DNA of 38,454 nucleotides from NCBI GenBank assembly GCA_900555495.1, contig USLD01000001.1, forward strand, positions 1 through 38,454, written 5' to 3'. The translations under genes were made by a program, and so were the position numbers. Shown piece by piece: positions 17,887 to 26,747 of the stretch (the stretch's first letter is position 1; each line of letters begins with the position of its first letter). A model generated the notes under the pieces. It worked only from the letters and a program-made list of their open reading frames with translations, was not told the DNA's origin and did not search any database. The DNA comes from an uncultured Slackia sp. (GTDB lineage Bacteria; Actinomycetota; Coriobacteriia; Coriobacteriales; Eggerthellaceae).

Positions 17887-18747
17887 CTAAAGAGGCGTTG
17901 CCGACACGAGCGTTTCAGTGCGTGGATAAAACACGATGCGAATCCTGTCTCCCACGGCGGATGTCGCGAAAAACTCGATTTCATCGCCATCGATCGACGA
18001 CAGCTCTATGCAATGCAATGTCGACCCCTCGACGCCGCCTTGGACCTCCGCGAAATCGACCTCCGTCACTTCGCCCGAAAAGCCTCCTTTTCGGGCATCG
18101 CCGCTGCGCTTCGCCGCATCCACTTCGACAATAGACGCCTCGATGTCCTGCGGTCCTGCCGCCACATCGATCGCCAAACATGAAAAACGTACGACCCCGA
18201 GCATAAGCGCGGCGCAGGCAAGCATCGCGACGAACACGACGACCACGCCGCTTATCACGCGTCCCCGCAACAACACGACATTGCAGCAAGCCCCGAATCG
18301 CGCACGAAACGCACGCCACACGAACACGACCCAAGCGATCGTCGCTACAACAACCCCCGCAACAAGCGCCATGCGAGCAGCACCATAAGGGAGCAAACCG
18401 GAAACCGCAATCCCAAGCGCCCACACTCCGGCGACACCCGCCACTTCCGAAGCCGCGCACAACAGCACGGGGCATTCGGCCCTAAGGGCCTCTTTGTAAG
18501 AAAATTCCAGTCGTTGATTGCGGCCCTTGGCCCACGCATCGCGTAAAACCGTTCCCGCCAAAACAGTGCAGATGCCGCCGAGAAGCAAAGCCGCCAGAAT
18601 CATCGACGCAGCACTCGCAGCGTACGTAACCAATCCTGCCGCGCCGACACGCGAGGCCGCACGGGAACAAAGAATGCATGCAACGGCGCATACCGCCACT
18701 ATCCCTGCCGCAAAACGTGTTTTACGCGAAACGCTCGACTTCGCCAT
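17887..18747 (-). CDS. Hypothetical multi-pass membrane protein
   Basis: 286-aa ORF with about 5 hydrophobic segments and a C-terminal soluble region (..GDRIRIVFYPRTETLVSA). Codon bias is weaker than in flanking genes. Confidence 0.6.
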   Translation of the reverse strand: MAKSSVSRKTRFAAGIVAVCAVACILCSRAASRVGAAGLVTYAASAASMILAALLLGGICTVLAGTVLRDAWAKGRNQRLEFSYKEALRAECPVLLCAASEVAGVAGVWALGIAVSGLLPYGAARMALVAGVVVATIAWVVFVWRAFRARFGACCNVVLLRGRVISGVVVVFVAMLACAALMLGVVRFSCLAIDVAAGPQDIEASIVEVDAAKRSGDARKGGFSGEVTEVDFAEVQGGVEGSTLHCIELSSIDGDEIEFFATSAVGDRIRIVFYPRTETLVSATPL

Positions 18748-18773
18748 CTACCGCCCCCCGCATCGTACGGCGT

Positions 18774-19388
18774 CTATTCCTGCGGCGACGCATTCTCCAA
18801 AAGCGCGACGAAGCGCGCTGCGGCCGAAGACGGGTGCTGCGGAAGAAGCGCCACCGACGAGACGCCTTCGCCAACGAAAGCCTCGACACGGCAGACGCCG
18901 CCCCACAGTTTCTCGCATGCGGCCGCCGACACGTCCGAAACTTCGACGATGTCGACGCTGCCGCCCAAATTGGCGACCACTCCTAGATCGTCGTCGTAGA
19001 TATCGCCGATCGGCACCAATTCCAAATGCAACGAAGAATCGGCCTCGTGAATGCGGGGCCATGCATCGAGCATCACATGCGCGGGGCACGCCGCCGAAAT
19101 CCCCAAGCGCACCGTCGTACCGCCGAACGCCTCCTGTTCGCGGGCGCGGCGCAGCACGTCCTCTGACATACGCATGATCGCGCGCGCGTCTTCGACGACC
19201 GATGCGCCGGCGGGCGTGAGAAACACGCCGCGACGCGTGCGGCTGAACAGCTCGATGCCGTATTCGCTTTCGAACGTCTCGATACGTTTGGCGAGGGCGG
19301 GAGTCGATACGCCGAGCTGCTTCGCGGCTTTCGAGAAGCTGCCGCAATCCGCCGCCGCGACGACGGAATCGAGTCTTCGATCGTACAC
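18774..19388 (-). CDS. Short LysR-family regulator with internally reduced effector domain
   Basis: HTH GSFSKAAKQLGVSTPALAKRI..FSRTRRGVFLTPAG. Only 204 aa. GTG start follows GGAGGG. Confidence 0.8.
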   Translation of the reverse strand: MYDRRLDSVVAAADCGSFSKAAKQLGVSTPALAKRIETFESEYGIELFSRTRRGVFLTPAGASVVEDARAIMRMSEDVLRRAREQEAFGGTTVRLGISAACPAHVMLDAWPRIHEADSSLHLELVPIGDIYDDDLGVVANLGGSVDIVEVSDVSAAACEKLWGGVCRVEAFVGEGVSSVALLPQHPSSAAARFVALLENASPQE

Positions 19389-19402
19389 TCCGCCCTCCCT
19401 TC

Positions 19403-19480
19403 TTTTCCCCGCAGTTTTCCACAGTGTATTAACTAATTGTTAATAACTTTTTCCCCTTTTTATCAATAATCAGGGGATAA
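19403..19480. promoter_or_regulatory. AT-rich segment with DnaA-box-like 9-mers and a T-N11-A palindrome
   Basis: TTTTCCACA at 19415 is a perfect TTWTNCACA match, with degenerate copies at 19403, 19438(-), 19449, 19460 and 19472(-). Palindrome TATTAAC-N5-GTTAATA at 19427-19445. Confidence 0.5.
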
Positions 19481-19585
19481 CTTAGCTTGAGTGTTTTGTT
19501 TTAGTTAACACTAAAAAAGATACTTTTGTCCGGAGGGAAATCGTCATAAATGTCCTGGAAATGTAAAACGGCCGGATAAATGCAT

Positions 19586-19620
19586 AAAAAACGGGCCCTC
19601 GCGCAATGCGAAGGCCCGAT
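19586..19620 (-). terminator. Intrinsic terminator downstream of the aminopeptidase gene
   Basis: CGGGCCTTCGC/GCGAGGGCCCG stem followed by T6 on the minus strand. Confidence 0.7.
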
Positions 19621-19752
19621 TCGTACATCGACCGCTATTCAATTGCAAAGTGGAAATGGGGAAAACTTTTCAAGGCCGCCGCCGCACCTGGGGAAAACGT
19701 GACGAAAACCCATGGCGCACGAAGCTTAAGACGGCGCCCCGACAGCGTCACC

Positions 19753-21162
19753 TTACCCGATCGTCAGCGCGTCCGCCCCGTCGATGCGCATATCGGCCGC
19801 GAAAAATGCCTCGATCGCGCGAATGCCGTTCAGCACGTCTCGCATACCCATGGTCTCGAACGACGAATGCATAGCAAGCTGCGGCAAGCCCACGTCGATG
19901 GCATGCATGCTCGCCTGGATGTTCGACAGGTTGCCCAGCGTGGAGCCGCCCGCCGTATCGCTGCGATTCGCGAACGACTGCAACGCGACGCCGGCGTCGG
20001 CGCACACGGCCGCGAACGCCGCGCGGCTGAATGCATCGGTGCAGTAATGCTGATTGGCCGCCTCTTTCACCACGATACCGCCGTTGAGCACTGCCCTGTT
20101 GGCCTCATCGTATTTCTCGGGGTGATTCGGATGCACCGCGTGGGCGTTATCACAGCTCACCAACATAGACTTCGCCAATGCGCGACGATAGTCCTCGTCG
20201 GACCCGCCCAGTGCGGTGCAAACGCGCGTCAGCACGTCGGGCAAAAACGTCGACATGGCGCCCTGCTTGGTGTTCGACCCCACTTCCTCGTTGTCGAAGC
20301 AGCACCACGCCGAAACCGCTTCCTCATCGCCGTCGGCGCGCAAGAACGCCTCGAGCGACACGTACGCGCACGCCAAGTCGTCGAGCTTCGGCGCCGAAAG
20401 GAATTCGCCCGCGGCGCCCCAGATGCAAGGCTTCTGACGGCTGACCAAAAACAAATCGCGCGCCAGGATCCGGTCGGCCGCCGCGCCCGCCTCTTCGGCC
20501 ACCAACGCATCGAAGGCGCCGGGTTCGAGGTCGCCCGCCGAGAACAGCGGGCACAGGTCGACCTGCCTGTTGGGTGCGAATCCGGCGTTCACGCCACGAT
20601 CAAGATGCACCGCCACGCTAGGAATTATCAGCAGATCGCGATCCGGCGCGATCAGGCGGCTTTCGATACGGTTGCCGTCGCGCACCAGCACACGACCCGC
20701 CACCGTAAGAGGGCGATCGAACCAGGCATGATCGATCATGCCGCCGTACGCTTCTACGTTCAAACGCAGCGAACCGCCCGCGCCTTCCAGCTCGGGCACC
20801 GCCTTCACCTTGAACGTCGGCGAATCGGAATGCGAGGCCGCCAGCTTGAAATGGAATTCGTCATTCGCAGGGGCCGCCTGCGTACCCGCCCGAAACGCGA
20901 TGACGCTCGAGTTGTTGCGCACCGTGTAATAGCCGCAGCCGGGCTCCAACTGCCAGACATCGCCCTCGTGAAGATAGACGAAGCCCGCCTCGTCGAGCCT
21001 GCGCCGCGCTGCCGCCGCGGCATGGAACATGCTGGGGCTTTCCTCGATGAACGCGATCAGGCCCTTGGCCGCCTCGCTATAACAGGCGGAATCGCAGCCC
21101 GCCCCATATCGCTTTTCGCCTGCCTGATCCGCCTCGTTCGCCATTCCTGCTATTTCAGCCAT
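19753..21162 (-). CDS. M18-family aminopeptidase (aspartyl aminopeptidase-like)
   Basis: SHSDSP, WFDRPL, KLDDL, FDNEEVGS, DNAHAVHPN, GGSTLG and QLAMHS. The start is uncertain (21144, 21162 or 21210). Confidence 0.93.
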   Translation of the reverse strand: MAEIAGMANEADQAGEKRYGAGCDSACYSEAAKGLIAFIEESPSMFHAAAAARRRLDEAGFVYLHEGDVWQLEPGCGYYTVRNNSSVIAFRAGTQAAPANDEFHFKLAASHSDSPTFKVKAVPELEGAGGSLRLNVEAYGGMIDHAWFDRPLTVAGRVLVRDGNRIESRLIAPDRDLLIIPSVAVHLDRGVNAGFAPNRQVDLCPLFSAGDLEPGAFDALVAEEAGAAADRILARDLFLVSRQKPCIWGAAGEFLSAPKLDDLACAYVSLEAFLRADGDEEAVSAWCCFDNEEVGSNTKQGAMSTFLPDVLTRVCTALGGSDEDYRRALAKSMLVSCDNAHAVHPNHPEKYDEANRAVLNGGIVVKEAANQHYCTDAFSRAAFAAVCADAGVALQSFANRSDTAGGSTLGNLSNIQASMHAIDVGLPQLAMHSSFETMGMRDVLNGIRAIEAFFAADMRIDGADALTIG

Positions 21163-21291
21163 CTTCGACACCCCGCTTTTCGTGCGATTGCCAATCTCTG
21201 TCGATGCCATGGTATACGAATGCCCCCAACGCGGCGACCGAAGGCTTTAACGCGCCCGGCGCTCCAACGAAAGAACAGTCGCGCGCAATAC

Positions 21292-21338
21292 AAAGCCGCC
21301 CCTCGCTTCCCGTTGTCTGGGGAAAAGAGAGGCGGCTT
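21292..21338 (-). terminator. Probable terminator of purB
   Basis: Imperfect stem AAGCCGCC..TTCCC / GGGAA..GGCGGCTT just after the purB stop. Confidence 0.6.
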
Positions 21339-21359
21339 ATCATCGGTCGCGCAAGCGCT

Positions 21360-22703
21360 CTAGAACTCCAGCGCCTCGAGCTTCTTGAACACCACGTCTT
21401 TGTGGCCCAAGAACGCCCAGGGATCGAAGATGTCGTCGAGCGTCTCGGGGGCGAGCTTCGCCTCGGGATCGGCCTCCAAACGCTCGCGATACGTCGGGCC
21501 GTCCACGGCGTTCTGGATGTCTTCCCACACGGCCATGGCGTTGCGCTGCACGATCGCGTACGCCTCTTCACGCGTGATGCCCGTATCCACCAGCGCCAGC
21601 AGCACCTTCGACGAATAGATCAGGCCGCGCGTGCGGTTGAGGTTGTACTCCATCTTTTCGGGATACACCTGCAAACCATCGAGCATCCACTGCATCTTGC
21701 CGAACATGTAGTCGAGCGCCGCGAAGCTGTCGGCCAGCACTACGCGCTCGGCGCCGGAGTGCGAGATATCGCGCTCGAACCACAGGGCCACGTTGTCGTA
21801 ACCCACCTGAGCGTTCGCCTTCACCACGCGCGCCAGGCCGCAGACGCGCTCGGCCGTGATCGGGTTGCGCTTGTGCGGCATGGCGGAGCTGCCCTTCTGG
21901 CCCGCGCGGAACGGCTCTTCGGCCTCGATGACGTCGGTCTCCTGCATGAGACGAACCTGCAACGCGATGGTCTCAAGGACGCTTGCGGCGACGGCCAAGG
22001 CGGAAAGCACCTGCGCATGGCGGTCGCGGAACAGGACCTGCGTGGAAAGCGGATCGGCCGTCAGGCCCATCTTCTCGCACACGTACTGCTCGACGAACGG
22101 GTCGATGCTCGAATACGTGCCCACGGCGCCCGAGATGGCGCCCGTAGCGGCCACGGCGCGAGCCTCCTCCAAACGGGTCTGCGTGCGCTTGAGCGCCCAC
22201 GCCCAGCTGCCGAACTTCATGCCGAACGTCATGGGCTCGGCGTGAATGCCATGCGTGCGGCCGGCGCACAAGGCGTCCTGCAGCTCGAACGCGCGGCGCT
22301 TGCAGGTTTCGCCGAGGGCCTTCACGTCTTCCAGAATGATGTCGAGAGACTGGACCACCTGGCACGAAAGCGCCGTATCGCCCAGGTCGGACGACGTCAT
22401 GCCGTAGTGCACCCAGCGGCTGGGCTTCTCTTCGCCTTCGGGAACCTCGGCGTCGATATGCTCGCCCATGCACGTCAGAAACGCGATGACGTCATGATGG
22501 GTGACCGCTTCGATTTCGTTGATGCGCTCAACGGTGAAGCCCGCATGCTCGCGAATCCAGGCGGCGTCTTCCTTGGTGATGCCGCACTGGCCCAACTCGG
22601 CCTGGGCCTCGCAGGCGAGGACTTCGATTTCCTGCCAGATGGCGAACTTGTTTTCGAACTCCCAGATCTTTCCCATGGCCGGACGCGTGTAGCGAGAAAT
22701 CAT
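21360..22703 (-). CDS. purB: Adenylosuccinate lyase
   Basis: MISRY start, HDVIAF, HYGMTSSD, GRTHGIHAEP, GSSAMPHKRNP and ERDISHS. Confidence 0.98.
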   Translation of the reverse strand: MISRYTRPAMGKIWEFENKFAIWQEIEVLACEAQAELGQCGITKEDAAWIREHAGFTVERINEIEAVTHHDVIAFLTCMGEHIDAEVPEGEEKPSRWVHYGMTSSDLGDTALSCQVVQSLDIILEDVKALGETCKRRAFELQDALCAGRTHGIHAEPMTFGMKFGSWAWALKRTQTRLEEARAVAATGAISGAVGTYSSIDPFVEQYVCEKMGLTADPLSTQVLFRDRHAQVLSALAVAASVLETIALQVRLMQETDVIEAEEPFRAGQKGSSAMPHKRNPITAERVCGLARVVKANAQVGYDNVALWFERDISHSGAERVVLADSFAALDYMFGKMQWMLDGLQVYPEKMEYNLNRTRGLIYSSKVLLALVDTGITREEAYAIVQRNAMAVWEDIQNAVDGPTYRERLEADPEAKLAPETLDDIFDPWAFLGHKDVVFKKLEALEF

Positions 22704-22861
22704 GCCGGTTCCTTTCAGCCGAACAAGGCCGCCGCGTATGCCGAAAGGCACGGCGACCGATACGATATGCCGTCGCGCTGCGTAATGGGCCGCAGCGCCG
22801 TGTCAGAGTTCACTATACCGCCGCAGAACGTACTAAAAGCCCAGTTCGGGGCGGGTTCGCG

Positions 22862-22905
22862 AAAAACAAAGAAGCCCGCCGTCGCGAATTTCGCGCAGCG
22901 AGCTT
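22862..22905 (-). terminator. Intrinsic terminator after the trkA pair
   Basis: AAGCTCGCTG-CGCGAA/TTCGCG-CGGCGGGCTT followed by CTTTGTTTTT on the minus strand. Confidence 0.7.
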
Positions 22906-22990
22906 GAGGCCATACGTCTGCTATATCATCCTGAACAGGCATAACCTTTATCTATACAGTGTAAGAATATCGCTACTTGACGCAGTAAAC

Positions 22991-23671
22991 TTACAGATTC
23001 GCGAACAAAGCGCGTACGTCGTCGACCACATCGTGTTCGGCCACGACCACCGCCTTATCGCCCGGATACAACACCGAATCGGGCGTCGCGATTTCCGCGT
23101 CGTTGTATTCGCGACGGTCGATGGCCGCGAGCAGCGCACCCTCGGGCAAGGCGATCATGTAAGCAGGCACGCCTTGTTCGGGATCGAAATGCTTCATGCG
23201 TGCAGGAATGCCGAATTCGATGAGCGAGATGTCGCCGCGCGACAGGGCCGATACGACGCCCACGCTGCCCAGCAACGCCTCCTCCTCGATCATGTTCGCG
23301 ATCAACATGGTGGACGAAACGCTTTCGATCCCCACCTCGCGGAAGATGCGGCGGTTCTTGGGGTTGTTCACGCGCGCGATGCAACGCGGCACGTTGAACA
23401 CGCGCGTCGCGATCTCGCACGCCACCAGGTTGTCGTCGTCGCGGCCGGTAACGGCCACGAACACGTCGGCATTGCGGATGCCCGCATCCTCCTGGAAGTC
23501 GGAGTCGCACCCGTCGCCGTTAATAATCAAGTACTGCCCCTGCAGCTCCATAGACAGACGGTCGGCCTGGGCGCGGTTCGCCTCCAACACGGCCACCTCG
23601 TGATGCTGCCTCAGAAGAACGTCGGCCAAATAGTTGCCCACCTTGCCGCCGCCCATGATGACGATATACAT
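22991..23671 (-). CDS. trkA: TrkA-family potassium uptake regulatory subunit (RCK_N + RCK_C)
   Basis: IVIMGGGKVG Rossmann motif, GDG, AVTGRDDDNL and IARVNNP. Confidence 0.92.
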   Translation of the reverse strand: MYIVIMGGGKVGNYLADVLLRQHHEVAVLEANRAQADRLSMELQGQYLIINGDGCDSDFQEDAGIRNADVFVAVTGRDDDNLVACEIATRVFNVPRCIARVNNPKNRRIFREVGIESVSSTMLIANMIEEEALLGSVGVVSALSRGDISLIEFGIPARMKHFDPEQGVPAYMIALPEGALLAAIDRREYNDAEIATPDSVLYPGDKAVVVAEHDVVDDVRALFANL

Positions 23672-23692
23672 CGATCCTCCCGGTTCCGCAGC

Positions 23693-24352
23693 CTACATCT
23701 GCATGTACTTGGAAAAGGCAGCGAGCAGGTCGTGGCGCACGCAGGCCAAAACGCTGTCGCCGTGATACAGCACGCTATCGCGCGTGGGAATAGAGCTGGT
23801 GCTGCCGTCGCGACGCTCGAACACCACGATGCGGATGCCGTGATTGCGCTCGAGCTCGGACACCTTCACCTGCTTGCGCATAGTGCTGGACAGATCGAGC
23901 GAGAAACGCAGGATCTCGAAATCGCCGAAGGTGTCCAGATGACTGCCGTGGCCCGACATGATCTTGGAAAACACCTCTTCTGCCACGAGCGAGGTGCCGC
24001 ACACGTAGTCCAGGCCAAGCTGCATGTACGCCCTCTCGCGCGCGGGATTGTACAGGCGCGCGATGACGTGGGGCACGTGGAAGATGCGGCGCGCCACCTC
24101 GACCACCATCAGGTTGGAGTTGTCCGATTGGGTGACCGCCGCCACGACGTCGGCGTCTTCGACGCCCGCGCGGATCAGGACATCCTCATCGAAGCCGAGG
24201 CCCTGCAGCGTCGTGCCGTTGAAGTTTCTGTTCAAGTTGGAAAACGCCTCGGCATTGCGGTCGACCACGCACACGTTGCCGTCGTTTTGCGAAAGCAACG
24301 TCGCCAGCTGAGAGCCGACGCGGCCGCATCCCACGATGATGACATTCGCCAT
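23693..24352 (-). CDS. trkA: TrkA-family potassium uptake regulatory subunit
   Basis: VIIVGCGRVG, G.GFD..VL.RAG, DNSN and IARLYNP. Confidence 0.92.
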   Translation of the reverse strand: MANVIIVGCGRVGSQLATLLSQNDGNVCVVDRNAEAFSNLNRNFNGTTLQGLGFDEDVLIRAGVEDADVVAAVTQSDNSNLMVVEVARRIFHVPHVIARLYNPARERAYMQLGLDYVCGTSLVAEEVFSKIMSGHGSHLDTFGDFEILRFSLDLSSTMRKQVKVSELERNHGIRIVVFERRDGSTSSIPTRDSVLYHGDSVLACVRHDLLAAFSKYMQM

Positions 24353-24406
24353 TGCACGCCCCCTGAAAAAGAAGATGCGCCGCCAAGCGCATCCTCGCCG
24401 TTTCCT

Positions 24407-25126
24407 TTATAGGAATTTGTAGTATACCGAGCGAACGCCCCAGTCGTGCACGTTGGTCACTCCGAACGCCTTCCAGCAGCCGGGAGCAAGGTCGAGCGCG
24501 CGGCCATACGACTCGAAGCCGCCGGTGTCGGTGACCGTGGCCACAATGATAGTTTCGCCATAACGAAGAGCCACGGCATGGCCCAAAAGATGCGCCTGGG
24601 ACTCAGGCACGGCGACCGTCAGGCCTTCGCTGGAAAGCGGCACGCCCGATGCGGTGACGTCGGTGCCGAAGTTGCCCTTGCCGTCGTCGTTGTCGGCGTG
24701 GCTATAGGCCGAAGCGCTGCCCAGCGTCCAGCCGTCGCTTTCGTCGGGCATGATATGCGGTGCCGTGGGGAGCGGATCGGTGGTGCCGAGTTCCATGGCA
24801 GCCGCAGCGGTAGATGCATTGGTGGCGTCATACGCCGAAATAACGATGACCGGATCGGGGTCGCTCACGGTAATGGAGCGCGTGGCGGAAGAAGAAACCG
24901 ACGCCGTGTCCGCGCTTGCCGCGCGCATACGGTCGGCCGAAGAAGCGGGAGCGTCTTCGGCGGTATTGCGGGCATCGCCGATACCGATCGTATCGACATC
25001 GACATCATGCGACGCGACAGCCGGCTGCAGCATGAACGCGGAAACCGCCGCTACCACGGCGAGAATACACGCGCCCAATGCCAGAGGCGCCAGGCGAAGC
25101 GAGCTATGTGATGTCTGTCGAGCCAA
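24407..25126 (-). CDS. Secreted/anchored protein with C-terminal 3D/RlpA-like double-psi beta-barrel
   Basis: N-terminal signal/TM segment, a low-complexity linker, then ASAY..TASG..VAVP..VTDTGG..RALDL. Confidence 0.75.
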   Translation of the reverse strand: MARQTSHSSLRLAPLALGACILAVVAAVSAFMLQPAVASHDVDVDTIGIGDARNTAEDAPASSADRMRAASADTASVSSSATRSITVSDPDPVIVISAYDATNASTAAAAMELGTTDPLPTAPHIMPDESDGWTLGSASAYSHADNDDGKGNFGTDVTASGVPLSSEGLTVAVPESQAHLLGHAVALRYGETIIVATVTDTGGFESYGRALDLAPGCWKAFGVTNVHDWGVRSVYYKFL

Positions 25127-25396
25127 ACATACTCCCCTATACGGCGCAGGGCCCCGACGGCATCATCGGCGCGCGGCGGTCGAAGACGACACGCCCTCCT
25201 ACGCATACGGTCACGAAACCTGATTATTGTACTCGATAGCGCAGGCATTGGCCAACAGCGCGGCGACTCTGGGAGCAAAGCACAGAATTGCACGCCTCTC
25301 ATCAGGCATTATGGATTTCATAAAGGGGAAAAGGGCCGAAGCGAAAGCCAGGAACGGCCCCCGCGGAGCCATTCGCCGGCACGAAGATGCCGCCCG

Positions 25397-25825
25397 CTAG
25401 GCACGCGGAACCAGCAGCGCGACCAAAACGTAGGCGAACAGCACCGTGGGAGGCGACATGACCAGCAAAATCACCGCGATCACGCGCACTACCGTCGAAT
25501 CGACGCCGAAATAGTACGCGATACCGCCGCATACGCCCAGAAAGCGCTTGTCGGCGATGCTGCGACGGAAAGGGCCGCGCGGACGCGACGAGACGAATCC
25601 CGCAAGCTTGCCTCGCTTCGAGGCCCACAGCAGATACCCGCCCGCGGCGACAAGCGCGCAAGGCCACAGAATACGCCAGATCATGCCGATGACGGCGCCC
25701 ACCTGAACCCAGATGCCATGCGGGACGATATTCCCGGCTAGGCTGAGCAAGCCGAACGCAATCAGAATCACACCGAGCACCACCGCAGCGCGGGGACGGC
25801 GCGGCGCATTTCGATAATCGGCCAT
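25397..25825 (-). CDS. PspC-domain membrane protein (C-terminal PspC)
   Basis: RRSIADKRFLGVCGGIAYYFGVDSTVVRV, preceded by two TM helices. Confidence 0.88.
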   Translation of the reverse strand: MADYRNAPRRPRAAVVLGVILIAFGLLSLAGNIVPHGIWVQVGAVIGMIWRILWPCALVAAGGYLLWASKRGKLAGFVSSRPRGPFRRSIADKRFLGVCGGIAYYFGVDSTVVRVIAVILLVMSPPTVLFAYVLVALLVPRA

Positions 25826-25838
25826 CACGCACCCCTTC

Positions 25839-26708
25839 CTATAGCCACGGGTTGATATGGTAAGTCCTCGGCCCGAACGGCAGATTCAGCGTGACCTGCT
25901 CCAGCGTGCCGGGGATGGCAAACGCTGTGCACATGGCCACGCAAACCACGATCACGCATAGCGCGAGACCGAAATCGAACATCTGATCACGAAACGACAC
26001 ATTCATGACCACGAGGCCCGCCATAATAAGGACGATAGGCCACAGCTTTGCCATAGCGTAAAACACCGACGACGGAGCCAAGATGCCGATCGACATGAAC
26101 AGCATGACCACGCTCGCCGCCACGATCACCAAACCGCATGAGAAACGACGGGCGAACGAGCCTTTCTTCGAAGGCACGACCATCAGCACGAGACCGGCCA
26201 CCACGCACAGGACGGGCCACAGCTGCCACCAGACGATGCCTTCGACGACGTGGTCGACCAGCAATGCCGCATCGACGGCAAGAAGGGCCGAACCGAGCCA
26301 TACGCACAAACGCGACCAGCCGGACATGCCGCAGCGATCGCACGGCTCTTCGGCAGAATCCACGGGCGCCACGGCGGGCGCAGGCTTGCAGCAGCCGTCG
26401 TCGACCACGAATCCCGCAGGCGGAACCGGAGCCGCGCCCCGCCGCTTACGGGGAAAGCCGGCCGGAACGGGCTCGGCAGCCGGAACATATGCCGCGCAAG
26501 CGATCGGAGCGGGAACTTCCATCCTTTTCGGCAGAACGAGCCACATGACCGCATAAACAGCGACGGCCAAGCCGCCGGTGCAAATCGCCAGAAGCACGGC
26601 GAGGATGCGCACCGCAATAGGGTCGAGGTCGAAGCATTCGGCAGCTCCGGCGCAGACGCCGGCTATGACTTCGTCATCAGAACGATGAAGGCGATTCGCC
26701 TCGAGCAT
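25839..26708 (-). CDS. PspC-domain membrane protein (N-terminal PspC, LiaF-like TM region)
   Basis: RLHRSDDEVIAGVCAG.AE.FDLDPIAVR, plus repeated LWP..L...GL helices. Confidence 0.88.
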   Translation of the reverse strand: MLEANRLHRSDDEVIAGVCAGAAECFDLDPIAVRILAVLLAICTGGLAVAVYAVMWLVLPKRMEVPAPIACAAYVPAAEPVPAGFPRKRRGAAPVPPAGFVVDDGCCKPAPAVAPVDSAEEPCDRCGMSGWSRLCVWLGSALLAVDAALLVDHVVEGIVWWQLWPVLCVVAGLVLMVVPSKKGSFARRFSCGLVIVAASVVMLFMSIGILAPSSVFYAMAKLWPIVLIMAGLVVMNVSFRDQMFDFGLALCVIVVCVAMCTAFAIPGTLEQVTLNLPFGPRTYHINPWL

Positions 26709-26747
26709 ATCCGGCCTCCTCTCTCTTCTGCGGTCAGTGCTGCCGAA

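Noticed and set aside
19403..19530. Primary oriC call
   Set aside because: No dnaA or dnaN adjacent, no switch in gene orientation and no clear DnaA-trio run. Kept only as a box-cluster candidate.
22918..22938. SRP-RNA-like CAGG...AGCAG motif on the minus strand
   Set aside because: It lacks the 3-bp stem with GNRA tetraloop required for SRP helix 8.
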